From contig NZ_CP037864.1 of the NCBI RefSeq assembly GCF_004353845.1, positions 2,987,625 through 3,027,624 on the forward strand: a stretch of 40,000 nt of DNA, in the 5' to 3' direction. The notes beneath the pieces are model-generated. The model saw nothing but the letters and a program-made list of their open reading frames with translations, was not told where the DNA came from and did no database searches. Below, piece after piece: positions 12,880-22,057 of the stretch (the first letter of the stretch is position 1; the number at the start of each line of letters is the position of its first letter). Source of the stretch: Citrobacter arsenatis (GTDB taxonomy: Bacteria; Pseudomonadota; Gammaproteobacteria; Enterobacterales; Enterobacteriaceae). Made by a program: the position numbers and the translations under genes.

Positions 12880-13851
12880 ATGAGTGAAGTAACGGATTTA
12901 GTCGTTATCGAAAAATCGAGTGCAATGGCTGTATTCACCAATAACGAGCAACTCGATCCCATCATTGAAAAAATCGAGAAAGAAGCTCGCAGCCTGGTAC
13001 CGGATGTATCCACCAAGAAAGGCCGTGATGCTATCGCATCCATGGCGCACAAGGTTGCGCGTTCAAAAACATACATCGACAACGCCGGTAAAGACCTTGT
13101 TGCTGAACTGAAGGCGCTACCAAAGCAGATCGACGAAAGCCGCCGCATTGTGCGTGAACGTCTGGACGCGCTGAAAGATGAGGTACGCCGCCCACTAACA
13201 GAGTGGGAGGCAGAACAGGAGCGAATTAAGGCAGAGGAAGCCGCCAAGATTAAAGCAGAGGAAGACCGTAAGCAGCTAGAGTCAGACCATGAAATTGCTT
13301 TGCTGATGAACGACGCATTTGACCGTGAACTGGCAGAGAAGAAAGCGGAAGAAGAACGCCAGCGCATTGCTCATGAAGAAGAGTTAAAGCGTCAGGCGGC
13401 AGAACAGGCCAAGCGCGAAGCCGAAGAGAAAGCAGCGGCTGAACTGGCAGCAGCGAAGAAACGCGAAGAGGATGCGATTGCAGCAAGAGCACAGGCTGAA
13501 TTACTGGCTAAGCAAGCACAAGAACGCGCAGAGCAGGAAGCTAAAGACGCCGCAGAGAAAGCTGAAGCAGATAAGAAAGCAGCCATTGAAGCGGAACAGC
13601 GCAAAGCTCAGGAAGAAGCTGATCGCATCAAGCGTGAAGCTGAGGCGAAAGAAGCAGCCCGTCTTGCGGAAGAGAAGCGCATCTCTGACGAGAAGGCAAA
13701 ACGTGAAGCAGATGTTAAGCACCGCAAGGCCGTTGGTACTGAAATCGTAAACGCACTCACAGCTAATACCAGCATCTCACGCGAACAGGCTATCGAAGTC
13801 CTGAAAGCGCTGATGGATGGCCTGGTACCGAGAACACAAATTAACTACTGA
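12880..13851 (+). CDS. Coiled-coil protein of the recombination module (DUF1351-like N-terminus, charged Ala/Glu/Lys-rich centre)
   Basis: I place the start at the ATG at 12880 after CAGGAGAGA. 323 aa with a long KAEE/AEAK low-complexity helix. Confidence 0.7.
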   Translation: MSEVTDLVVIEKSSAMAVFTNNEQLDPIIEKIEKEARSLVPDVSTKKGRDAIASMAHKVARSKTYIDNAGKDLVAELKALPKQIDESRRIVRERLDALKDEVRRPLTEWEAEQERIKAEEAAKIKAEEDRKQLESDHEIALLMNDAFDRELAEKKAEEERQRIAHEEELKRQAAEQAKREAEEKAAAELAAAKKREEDAIAARAQAELLAKQAQERAEQEAKDAAEKAEADKKAAIEAEQRKAQEEADRIKREAEAKEAARLAEEKRISDEKAKREADVKHRKAVGTEIVNALTANTSISREQAIEVLKALMDGLVPRTQINY

Positions 13852-13858
13852 GGTGCAT

Positions 13859-14056
13859 ATGAAGCTGAAACTCAAATATGACCACGCTCATGGATATCTG
13901 GACAGCCAACGCAATCAGGTCTTGGAGCTTGATGGTGTGACGCTTGATGGGACAGTAGACACACGAGAAGTCCTCCCGCAGTTAGACGGCGCTGTAGTTC
14001 TCGAATGGCTTGCTGAACAGGGTTATGTAATCACACATCAGGAGCAAGCGGCATGA
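13859..14056 (+). CDS. Hypothetical small protein (65 aa)
   Basis: ATG at 13859 after TGAGGTG, coupled to the next ORF. Confidence 0.55.
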   Translation: MKLKLKYDHAHGYLDSQRNQVLELDGVTLDGTVDTREVLPQLDGAVVLEWLAEQGYVITHQEQAA

Positions 14057-14211
14057 GAGTTGCAGAGCGATGGGACGATGATGCTTTCATCCGGCTGATG
14101 TCTGATGTGATTGGCGACGTGGAAGCAGAAGACGACGAGCCAGTTAACCTGGCTGCTGAGCTACAGAATCCGGTGATCAGTTGGGCAGAATTTGCAGGAG
14201 ATTTCACATGA
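14053..14211 (+). CDS. Small acidic ORF (52 aa), below the ORF-track cutoff
   Basis: ATGA overlaps at both ends. Translation is MRVAERWDDDAFIRLMSDVIGDVEAEDDEPVNLAAELQNPVISWAEFAGDFT. Confidence 0.5.
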   Translation: MRVAERWDDDAFIRLMSDVIGDVEAEDDEPVNLAAELQNPVISWAEFAGDFT

Positions 14212-14834
14212 CCGAGAAGAAGGTTTACGCCGCAATCAGTGGAGTTGCCTCCGCCCTTGCTGAGCAGGGAATCCGGAAGGAGAAAAAACAAGGCAGCCAG
14301 GTTAACTACGCGTTTCGCGGAATCGACGATATCTACAACGCGTTGGCACCGGAACTTGTGAAGCACAAACTTCTGATTCTACCCCGCTACACCGAACGAA
14401 CCAGCGTAGAGCGAACCAGTAAAAGCGGTGGCGCACTGTTCTACATCACAGTTCGCGGAGACTTCGATTTCGTCAGCACCGAGGATGGCAGCATCCACAC
14501 GGTCACCACCTACGGCGAAGCAATGGACAGCGGTGATAAGGCGACTAACAAAGCTATGTCGATCGCCTACAAATACGCTGCATTTCAGGCGTTCTGCATC
14601 CCTACCGAAGAAACCGCGATTGATGCCGATGCAGAGGTTCACCACTTAAAACCGGCTGATGCAGACCAGATTCTGGCTGAATTTACGCAGTACGCTGGCG
14701 CTGAGAACGACAGCAAGAAACTGCAGGAACAATACGCATCAACATGGCAACGCCTTAACGGATGGCCTGACCACCAGGCTAAATGCAAAGACGTAACCGG
14801 AATTCGAATCAGAGAACTAAAACAGGCGGCATAA
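14208..14834 (+). CDS. erf: ERF-family single-strand annealing recombinase
   Basis: I place the start at the ATG at 14208. It has the GDKATNKAMSIAYKYAAFQAFCIPT core, and the C-terminus ...KKLQEQYASTWQRLNGWPDHQAKCKDVTGIRIRELKQAA parallels the P22 Erf C-terminus. Confidence 0.85.
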   Translation: MTEKKVYAAISGVASALAEQGIRKEKKQGSQVNYAFRGIDDIYNALAPELVKHKLLILPRYTERTSVERTSKSGGALFYITVRGDFDFVSTEDGSIHTVTTYGEAMDSGDKATNKAMSIAYKYAAFQAFCIPTEETAIDADAEVHHLKPADADQILAEFTQYAGAENDSKKLQEQYASTWQRLNGWPDHQAKCKDVTGIRIRELKQAA

Positions 14835-15308
14835 ATGGCAATTAACACCATCATCGTTTCCGGCAACGTTGGTAAAGACGCGGTGCTCCGCGTCACACCA
14901 AACGGGAAGCACATTGCATCATTCTCTATCCCGGCAAAAACCGGATTTGGTGAGAACGAAAAGACATCATGGCTGAACTGCAAAATGTTTGGCGCGATGG
15001 CTGAGAAGTTATCTGTGGCAGTAGTTAAAGGCGCAAAGGTCACTGTGTCAGGAGAGTTCGTCATTGAAGAGTGGACTCGTCAGGATGGATCAGCAGCTCA
15101 GACACCAACAATTCTGGTGCGAGATATAGACCTTCCTCCGCGCAATGGACAGCAGCAGAGCCAGCAATCGTCGTCACAGCCGCAGCGACAGCAACAACAA
15201 CGCGCAGCTGCGCCGCAAGCCAGCGAACCGCCGATGGACTTTGATGACGATATTCCATTTGCACCGGTAACTCTTCCCTTCCCTCGTCACGCTATCCACG
15301 CCATTTAA
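14835..15308 (+). CDS. ssb: Single-stranded DNA-binding protein
   Basis: OB-fold N-terminus (MAINTIIVSGNVGKDA), a Gln-rich linker, and the C-terminal acidic tip MDFDDDIPF. Confidence 0.92.
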   Translation: MAINTIIVSGNVGKDAVLRVTPNGKHIASFSIPAKTGFGENEKTSWLNCKMFGAMAEKLSVAVVKGAKVTVSGEFVIEEWTRQDGSAAQTPTILVRDIDLPPRNGQQQSQQSSSQPQRQQQQRAAAPQASEPPMDFDDDIPFAPVTLPFPRHAIHAI

Positions 15309-15321
15309 TCAGGAGAATCAA

Positions 15322-15606
15322 ATGTCGGCACCTCTCACCGGGGCGGGATATCTGCGCCCACCAAAGCGATCCGGCACGCGTGAAGAAGTGCTGGCTCGTT
15401 GCTTTGCAGCTATCGCTAATGACGATTTCCAGAAGCCGACCATGGAAGACAGGCTTCTTGAGTTGCACGAAAAGGAAGTCTGGTACGCCAACTTAGAAGC
15501 GTCATTCAGGCCGGGATGGGTGGTAGTTGGACCTGTAGAGCCTGATTACGTTGATGACCGTATGCGTAAGTATCGCGGTCGTTATGGACAAGTAAGGAGC
15601 GACTGA
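15322..15606 (+). CDS. Hypothetical protein (94 aa)
   Basis: AGGAGAA Shine-Dalgarno. Same operon. Confidence 0.6.
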   Translation: MSAPLTGAGYLRPPKRSGTREEVLARCFAAIANDDFQKPTMEDRLLELHEKEVWYANLEASFRPGWVVVGPVEPDYVDDRMRKYRGRYGQVRSD

Positions 15607-15770
15607 TGAAAGCCTGGAGCATAGAAGAACTATCAGCGCTCATGCGCTACACCAACGCAGAAGTAGCAGAGATTACCGGTCGGAGTATCAAAGAGGTAGG
15701 AGATAAGCGGCTGTCTGTGAATATTGAGCGGAATGGATGGGATGTTAACGATCCGGAGCGTGCATCATGA
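15606..15770 (+). CDS. Small ORF (54 aa), below the ORF-track cutoff
   Basis: The start overlaps the previous stop (TGATG), and its stop overlaps the methyltransferase start (ATGA). Translation is MKAWSIEELSALMRYTNAEVAEITGRSIKEVGDKRLSVNIERNGWDVNDPERAS. Confidence 0.5.
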   Translation: MKAWSIEELSALMRYTNAEVAEITGRSIKEVGDKRLSVNIERNGWDVNDPERAS

Positions 15771-17314
15771 GATACGGAAGCGTGTGCAGCGGCATCGAAG
15801 CTGCCAGCAAAGCATGGGAGCCTATCGGCTGGAAACCTGCCTGGTTCTCTGAAATTGAACCCTTCCCCTCCGCTGTTCTTGCCCAGCACTGGCCGGAAGT
15901 ATCAAACCTCGGCGACATGACAAAAATCGCCGATGCGGTGCGCGCTGGTGATGTCGAGGCGCCTGATGTTCTGGTCGGCGGTACGCCTTGCCAGGCATTC
16001 AGCATCGCCGGCTTACGTGAAGGCCTGTCTGATGACCGCGGCCAGTTAACCCTCTCATACGTGGAATTAGCCAATGCAATCGACGCAAAGCGCCGCGAAC
16101 GCGGTGAGACAGAAGCAATTATCGTCTGGGAAAACGTCCCCGGCGTGCTCAGCAGCAAAGATAATGCCTTCGGGTGCTTTCTGGCAGGACTTGCCGGAGA
16201 AAGCAGTGAGTTGCAGCCAGCAGGGGGAAAATGGACGCACGCAGGTTGTGTGTCTGGACCAGAAAGGGTTATTGCCTGGCGCGTTCTTGATGCTCAATTT
16301 TTTGGAGTGGCCCAACAACGCCGCCGTGTGTTCGTTGTCGCAAGTGCTCGAAAAGGATTTGATCCCGCAGAAATACTTTTTGAGCAAGACGTCGGCAGCG
16401 GGTCGACTGAGGCGAATAATGTTGGGGTCGAGAGACGCTCCAGCACAGTTGATAACTGCACTCTCTATCGCTTCAGAAGAACAGATTCATACATCGATGA
16501 CGGAGTAAGTAGCACGCTTTCGGCTAGAGATTATAAGGACCGTCGAGAGCTTGTTGTTATGGCCGATAATCGCGTAAGAACCCTTACCCCTCTCGAATAT
16601 GAAAGGCTTCAGGGATTCCCAGATGGGCACACGCTGATCCAGTACGGGGAAAAACTTGCTGATGACGCGCCGCGTTACAAGGCGATCGGAAATAGTATGG
16701 CGGTTCCGGTAATGCGATGGATCGGTGAGCGTATCGCCGCGGCGCTGCCAGCCGAGAAGTTGAGTGGAGATTATGGCGGAAGTAAAACCCCGCCAGACCA
16801 GCGCGACCTCTGGCGCACGCCGCCAGCCCTATTCGCTTCACTTAATGATGAATTTTGCTTTCAACTGGACGCAGCAGCAGCGCCTCATAACGCGCTATGC
16901 CGAAAGTTCATCACCGCCGATCAGAACACGCTGGAAACACTGTGGGCTGATTACCTGAATGTTCCTGGCTACGTCTGGCTTAACCCACCATACAGCGATA
17001 TCACACCATTCGTGAAGAAAGCAGCAGCGGAGATCGCCAATCAGGTCGGCACGGTGATGCTGGTGCCGGCAGACACATCTGTTGGCTGGTTCCGTAAGGC
17101 TATCGAGACAGCCAGCGAGGTGCGTTTCATCACCGCCGGGCGTCTGGCATTTATCAACCCGGCCACCGGTAAACCGGTAAGCGGCAACAACAAAGGGTCG
17201 ATGCTCATCATCTGGCATCCGTACCCGCGTACACACTGCCACTTCGCAACTGTGGAGCGGGACGAATTAATGACTTTCGGAGCGAAACTTCTCGCTCGAC
17301 GGGAGGCTGCATGA
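15767..17314 (+). CDS. Bifunctional orphan DNA methyltransferase: N-terminal C5-cytosine MTase fused to a C-terminal phage Dam-type N6-adenine MTase
   Basis: C5 motifs are SVCSGIEAA, GGTPCQAFSIAG, ENVPG, QRRRVFVV and GNSMAVPV. After about residue 335 come DLWRTPP, QLDAAA, VWLNPPYS and VPADTSVGWF, with no intervening stop. Confidence 0.8.
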   Translation: MRYGSVCSGIEAASKAWEPIGWKPAWFSEIEPFPSAVLAQHWPEVSNLGDMTKIADAVRAGDVEAPDVLVGGTPCQAFSIAGLREGLSDDRGQLTLSYVELANAIDAKRRERGETEAIIVWENVPGVLSSKDNAFGCFLAGLAGESSELQPAGGKWTHAGCVSGPERVIAWRVLDAQFFGVAQQRRRVFVVASARKGFDPAEILFEQDVGSGSTEANNVGVERRSSTVDNCTLYRFRRTDSYIDDGVSSTLSARDYKDRRELVVMADNRVRTLTPLEYERLQGFPDGHTLIQYGEKLADDAPRYKAIGNSMAVPVMRWIGERIAAALPAEKLSGDYGGSKTPPDQRDLWRTPPALFASLNDEFCFQLDAAAAPHNALCRKFITADQNTLETLWADYLNVPGYVWLNPPYSDITPFVKKAAAEIANQVGTVMLVPADTSVGWFRKAIETASEVRFITAGRLAFINPATGKPVSGNNKGSMLIIWHPYPRTHCHFATVERDELMTFGAKLLARREAA

Positions 17315-17334
17315 CACTAACCAAACGAATCACA

Positions 17335-17360
17335 AGGTCGCTAATGCGGCCTTTTTATTT
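17335..17360 (+). terminator. Intrinsic terminator after the fused methyltransferase
   Basis: AGGTCGC-taat-GCGGCCT followed by TTTTT. Confidence 0.65.
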
Positions 17361-17411
17361 TCTAGCGTTCACCTTCAACCGAATTAACCGACAGTTCATG
17401 GAGCACTGACT

Positions 17412-17630
17412 ATGGCTGACATTATCGATAACGCATCAACGCTTGAAGATTTACAGCGTGATGCAGCACTGAGCATGCACAGACTCAACCACTCAGCAGT
17501 ATCAGCAACGCACTGTGAGGAATGCGGGGACAAGTTACTGGAGGCTCGCCGGAAAGCGTATCCGGGATGCACGATGTGTGTCAGTTGCCTAGAAGAAGTT
17601 GAGGCGAGGAATAAACAGCGAGGGTTGTGA
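17412..17630 (+). CDS. TraR/DksA-family C4 zinc-finger protein
   Basis: 72 aa with CEECG...CVSC spacing typical of phage TraR-like RNAP-binding proteins. Confidence 0.7.
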   Translation: MADIIDNASTLEDLQRDAALSMHRLNHSAVSATHCEECGDKLLEARRKAYPGCTMCVSCLEEVEARNKQRGL

Positions 17631-17869
17631 TGTTCCAGCTAATTCAACGGGGTCAGATATACGCTGACAATGCCGGGTGGCCGGTAATAATTCACTCAGT
17701 CACATCAGAAATAGTCCGCTATTGGCGACAGGGCAGGATCAACACCGCTTCAATTGACAGATTTAATAACGATTTCGAGTACCTCGACCCACACGAGGCG
17801 GCACAGATACGAGCTGAACTTGAAACAGCAGAACACTTAAAACGCCTCCGCGCTATGCGGGCGGCATGA
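17627..17869 (+). CDS. Hypothetical protein (80 aa)
   Basis: ATGA-coupled to the TraR-like gene and followed by a GCCC-ataa-GGGC hairpin with a T7 run. Confidence 0.6.
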   Translation: MMFQLIQRGQIYADNAGWPVIIHSVTSEIVRYWRQGRINTASIDRFNNDFEYLDPHEAAQIRAELETAEHLKRLRAMRAA

Positions 17870-17918
17870 ACATCGACATAGGCCCATAAGGGCTTTTTTT
17901 ATGCCCGGAGATTAACGA

Positions 17919-18671
17919 ATGCGAGTAGATAATGAAGTTCTGAACGTACTGAGCGCAGCAGAGTGTAATGGTCCGCAACTCTTCCTTACCGGTCAGCTTG
18001 AACGCAACCTCTACACCAGAACAAACAAAGTGCTGGAGGCGGCTGGAGGAAAATGGAACCGCAAAGCCAAAGCGCACATTTTTGATACCGATGCATCCGA
18101 TCGCATCGAGCAAATTATTCTTACCGGTGACGTCGTAGTGCCGAAGGATGATTTTGAGTTCTTTCCTACCCCGCCTGCCATTGTAAGACATGTTATTCAC
18201 TTAGCAGATATCCGGGATGGTATGCGCGTTCTTGAACCGAGCGCCGGGCAAGGTGCTATTGCTAAAGAAGCACACAGCGCAGCCGCAGATGTGATGATCG
18301 ATATGTATGAATTGATGCCGGCGAACAACGACATCCTTCACGGTCTCAATCTCCGGCTTTCAGGTATCGGTAAGCCGACTGATTTCCTCACTGTCGATCC
18401 TGATCCGGTTTATGACCGCGTGGTCATGAATCCTCCTTTCGGCCGACAGGCGGACATCAAGCACGTTTCTCATGCACTGAAATTCCTTAAGCCTGGCGGT
18501 CTGTTGGTATCGGTTATGGCTTCATCTGTGACGTTTCGCAGCAACAAGCTGACAACTGATTTCCGCCAACTCATCGAGGAACGCGGCGGACACATCGAAG
18601 AACTGCCTGAAGGTGCATTTAAATCATCTGGAACGATGGTGAATACCGTCATCGTGGTCATTCCAGGCTGA
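17919..18671 (+). CDS. Orphan gamma-class N6-adenine DNA methyltransferase (class I SAM-dependent)
   Basis: Motifs occur in the order FPTP, then LEPSAGQG (SAM binding), then NPPF (catalytic). The N-terminal 75 aa are an extra domain. Confidence 0.7.
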   Translation: MRVDNEVLNVLSAAECNGPQLFLTGQLERNLYTRTNKVLEAAGGKWNRKAKAHIFDTDASDRIEQIILTGDVVVPKDDFEFFPTPPAIVRHVIHLADIRDGMRVLEPSAGQGAIAKEAHSAAADVMIDMYELMPANNDILHGLNLRLSGIGKPTDFLTVDPDPVYDRVVMNPPFGRQADIKHVSHALKFLKPGGLLVSVMASSVTFRSNKLTTDFRQLIEERGGHIEELPEGAFKSSGTMVNTVIVVIPG

Positions 18672-18776
18672 CGCAACTGATAGCCAGTTATGAGCTGGCT
18701 ATTGGGTGCGAATGCACTGCCACGTTATCCCTTTTGCCCTCCATTGCGATGGCATTCTTTTTGCCTGGAGTAAACC

Positions 18777-19025
18777 ATGAGCGACATTATCCAATTGACG
18801 CCCAATAAGTGGGTATCCGAAGAAGTTCTGATGGCCATCACTGGCCTGACAAAGAACGCGATCAAGTCCGCACGCACAAATTCATGGATGGAGGGTCGGG
18901 AGTATCGTCACTATTCTGGAGACTGCCAGCCAAAGGAGAACTCCCCTATCCTCTACAATCGACATGAAGTCGATAACTGGGTTGAACGTCAACGACCGGC
19001 GATCCCGCGACAGAAATCTGCTTAA
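18777..19025 (+). CDS. xis: Excisionase (DUF1233-type putative Xis)
   Basis: 82 aa immediately upstream of int. The KWVSEEVLMAITGLTKNAIKSARTNSWMEGREY pattern matches this excisionase family. Confidence 0.65.
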   Translation: MSDIIQLTPNKWVSEEVLMAITGLTKNAIKSARTNSWMEGREYRHYSGDCQPKENSPILYNRHEVDNWVERQRPAIPRQKSA

Positions 19026-19059
19026 ATACCCTCCCCATTAAACAAACGCAGGAGATTTT

Positions 19060-20343
19060 ATGTCTGGTTATCCAACTGGAGTGGAGAACCACGGCGGCAC
19101 TTTGCGCATATGGTTCATATATAACGGAAAAAGGGTCCGGGAAAGCCTTGGCGTTGTTGATACTGCGAAGAACAGGCGCATTGCTGGAGAGCTTCGCGCC
19201 TCTGTTTGTTTCGCTATAAAAACGGGTGCATTCGATTACGCAAGGCAGTTCCCACAGTCACCCAATCTGAAGAAGTTCAATATCGCGCCGCCGGGGATCA
19301 CTGTTGCTGAACTGGCAGCTAAATGGCTGGAGCTTAAGAGGATGGACTTAACCATTAACGCCCATCTTCGGTATGTATCGTACATCACTATCGGAACCGA
19401 CATTCTCGGCGGCAGTCGGATGGTTGACTCTATAACCCATGAGGATGTGCTGAATGTAAGGAAGGAATTGCTGACCGGCTACCAGATATGTGGTGCGCAT
19501 CAGAAGAACAGATCGGCCAAGAAAGGAAGGACGGTAAGGACGGTTAACGTCTATGTTACCTGCATGAAGGGAATGTTTGATTTTGCGGTGTTGAATGGGT
19601 ACATAAGCAAATCTCCATTTGCTGCAGTTACTCCACTCAAAAAATCGAAGTCAGATCCGTCGCCACTTACTCGTGATGAATATCACCGCTTTCTTGATAA
19701 ATGCCCATGCGACCAGATTCGTAATCTCTGGAAGCTCGCGTTTAATACTGGCATGCGCCACGGTGAGATATGCGCTCTTGCATGGGAGGACATAGACACC
19801 AAAAACTGGACTATTCGGATCAGCAGAAACCTTGCCATTTCAGACCACTTCACACCGCCAAAAACAGAAAGCGGGAACCGAACAATCAACCTCACCACTC
19901 CTGCTATCGAGGCACTGAAAAGCCAGATGGCTTATACCCGGATGGGGAAACAACACCAGATAGACGTTCACCTAAGAGAGTTTGGCAGAACTCACCGTGA
20001 TGAATGCACATTTGTTTTTGTTCCAAGGCTAACGGCAAGGAATGGAAAAGGAGGTGAATGGTACTCACCCGGGTCATTCTCAGGAACGTGGAACAACATA
20101 TTAAGAAGGAGCGGTATTCCTCACCGCAAGTCATATGAGTCTCGACACACATATGCTTGCTGGGCATTAAGCGCTGGAGCCAACCCCAACTTCATTGCGG
20201 CTCAAATGGGACATACGTCCGCACAGATGGTTTACAGCGTTTACGGTAAATGGATGACAGACAACAATGACAACCAACTGGCAATATTGAACGCTAATTT
20301 TGGAGGTAATGCCCCACAGATGCCCCAAGCTCAAAACGAGTAG
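19060..20343 (+). CDS. int: Tyrosine integrase (lambda/P22-type with an arm-binding N-terminus)
   Basis: 427 aa. It has an N-terminal GVENHGGTLRIWFIYNGKRVRESLG arm domain and catalytic region NTGMRHGE, SRHTYACW, MGHTSAQMVYSVYGKW. Confidence 0.92.
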   Translation: MSGYPTGVENHGGTLRIWFIYNGKRVRESLGVVDTAKNRRIAGELRASVCFAIKTGAFDYARQFPQSPNLKKFNIAPPGITVAELAAKWLELKRMDLTINAHLRYVSYITIGTDILGGSRMVDSITHEDVLNVRKELLTGYQICGAHQKNRSAKKGRTVRTVNVYVTCMKGMFDFAVLNGYISKSPFAAVTPLKKSKSDPSPLTRDEYHRFLDKCPCDQIRNLWKLAFNTGMRHGEICALAWEDIDTKNWTIRISRNLAISDHFTPPKTESGNRTINLTTPAIEALKSQMAYTRMGKQHQIDVHLREFGRTHRDECTFVFVPRLTARNGKGGEWYSPGSFSGTWNNILRRSGIPHRKSYESRHTYACWALSAGANPNFIAAQMGHTSAQMVYSVYGKWMTDNNDNQLAILNANFGGNAPQMPQAQNE

Positions 20344-20369
20344 AAACAAACTCCTTTAACCTCATAGCG

Positions 20370-20816
20370 TTAGTCCGCCCATGAAGGTTTGTTCAGGATA
20401 TGATCCTGCCAGTCACGCACTTCTGATTCTTTCACCGCAATATGACGAACTGAGATACGTTCACCGTGCATCGCCGCTTTGGACCCCGTCAGCAGCGGAT
20501 GCCATTCCGGCAGTCCTTTTCCTTCCGCGAGCAAACGATAGGCGCAGGTCATTGGCAACCATTCAAAAGTCGGCAGATTATCGCGCGTCAGTTTGATGCA
20601 GTCAGGCTCGTACTCGAATCGACGTTCGTAATTACGGCACTGACAGGTCTTGATATTGAGTTGTTTACACGCGACGTTGGTAAAATAGATCTCGTCGGTG
20701 TCTTCATCCATCAGCTTATGCAGGCAGCATTGACCACACCCATCACATAATGACTCCCACTCGGCATCGGTCATTTCATCAAGGGTTTTACTTTGCCAGA
20801 AAGGTATGTCGCTCAT
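20370..20816 (-). CDS. ycgN: UPF0260 protein YcgN
   Basis: I place the start at the ATG at 20816 ([15 protein letters not shown]). It is near-identical to E. coli YcgN ([27 protein letters not shown]). Confidence 0.9.
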   Translation of the reverse strand: MSDIPFWQSKTLDEMTDAEWESLCDGCGQCCLHKLMDEDTDEIYFTNVACKQLNIKTCQCRNYERRFEYEPDCIKLTRDNLPTFEWLPMTCAYRLLAEGKGLPEWHPLLTGSKAAMHGERISVRHIAVKESEVRDWQDHILNKPSWAD

Positions 20817-20908
20817 CAGGGTTTCCGCTATTGCATTAAAGCTGCACCTTATAACCAGTCTGGCACGCTGATGCAAGTTTTGCCGCCCGAAAAGGCGGCA
20901 AGAAGAGA

Positions 20909-21568
20909 TTACAGCACGCGGGTCGTCAGCGTTTGACCGTTAAAACTGATGGCCAGTTCATCACCGCTGCTTAATGGCCCTACGCCTGCTGGCGTGCCCG
21001 TCAGCACAACATCACCCGCTTTGAGAGTAAAGAAACGACTCATATAAGCAATCAAAGGAACGATGTGATGGATCATATCCGCCGTCGAGCCGTGCTGGCG
21101 CTGTTCACCGTTGACCGTTAATCCGAGCATCGTATCCTGCGGATCGCCGTTAAACTCCGCAACCGGAATAAAGCCTGACAGCGGGCAAGAGTTATCAAAA
21201 CCCTTCGCTTTTTCCCATGGCTGCCCCGCCTTCTTCATTTTGCCCTGGATATCGCGCAGGGTCAGATCCAGCGCGACGCCATAACCGGCGATGGCTTTGC
21301 GCACATGATCTTCCGTCGCTTGCCGCAGGGTCGCGCCAATCAGCACAGCCAGCTCAACTTCATGGTGAACCGATCCCATATCAGATGGGATCACCAGCGG
21401 TTGGCGTATATCGCACAGCGCGGTTTCTGGTTTAATAAACAGCACCGGCTCTTCCGGGATGCTTCCCCCCATCTCTTTAATATGGTTAGCATAGTTACTT
21501 CCTACGCAAACCACCTTACTCACCGGATAATCCAGCAGAGCACCATGCCAGTTGTGATGTTGATACAT
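20909..21568 (-). CDS. ycgM: Fumarylacetoacetate-hydrolase-family protein YcgM
   Basis: 219 aa FAH-family sequence in conserved synteny with ycgL and ycgN. Confidence 0.9.
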   Translation of the reverse strand: MYQHHNWHGALLDYPVSKVVCVGSNYANHIKEMGGSIPEEPVLFIKPETALCDIRQPLVIPSDMGSVHHEVELAVLIGATLRQATEDHVRKAIAGYGVALDLTLRDIQGKMKKAGQPWEKAKGFDNSCPLSGFIPVAEFNGDPQDTMLGLTVNGEQRQHGSTADMIHHIVPLIAYMSRFFTLKAGDVVLTGTPAGVGPLSSGDELAISFNGQTLTTRVL

Positions 21569-21637
21569 TACTTTCCCCTAACGTAGTCATAGATTTCAGG
21601 TTCTGCATCGATGGAACGTGCTGCTGGCGGATGCAGT

Positions 21638-21931
21638 TTAACGTTTAGCGTCTGGTGTATTTTGTTTTGCCGCAGCCAGATGCTGTTTGAGTAAATCTTC
21701 TGGCGGCGGTGGTATTTGTAAATAATAGCCCTGCTCGGTTAGCGCCTGTTTTACTTTTTCAAGATCGGCATTAACCAATTTCTTTCGACCATCAAGCGGT
21801 AACATCATTGCCAGCGTCGGCTGACCAAATCCTTTCATCAGTTCTTCAGGAACGCGTGAGAAATCGTCTTTTTTTTCGACATATAAATAGGTCTGGTCAC
21901 GTTTGCTGCTTCGGTAGATCACACAAAACAT
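21638..21931 (-). CDS. ycgL: YcgL
   Basis: 97 aa. [29 protein letters not shown] matches YcgL. Confidence 0.85.
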   Translation of the reverse strand: MFCVIYRSSKRDQTYLYVEKKDDFSRVPEELMKGFGQPTLAMMLPLDGRKKLVNADLEKVKQALTEQGYYLQIPPPPEDLLKQHLAAAKQNTPDAKR

Positions 21932-22057
21932 ATCTTTTACTCTGAATTCACGGAATGGTGGCTTGCCTCAATATAATACTGACTATAACATGCCTTATAG
22001 TCTTCGGAATATCACCCCGCGCTGGGGATGATAAATAGCAAATTGAGTAAGGCCAGG

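Larger units (their letters stand above)
1..20369. mobile_element. Lambdoid prophage, partial (lysis-to-integrase arm; structural genes would lie left of the window)
   Basis: Unbroken phage gene order: spanins, endolysin, holin, Q, nin, helicase, O, cII, cro / cI, PL operon, xis, int. The int stop at 20343 is 26 bp from the host ycgN stop at 20370. Confidence 0.9.

Noticed and set aside
12837-13750. Five overlapping ORFs (12837-13367, 13250-13492, 13392-13604 and 13501-13722 on the minus strand; 13472-13750 on the plus strand)
   Set aside because: They are artefacts of the GAA/GCA/AAG low-complexity coding region of ORF 12880-13851. Their products are Ser/Ala/Leu or Lys/Arg homopolymer-like.
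15745-16508. Antisense and off-frame ORFs inside the fused methyltransferase gene
   Set aside because: The methyltransferase frame carries all the conserved motifs, and the alternatives have no recognisable features.
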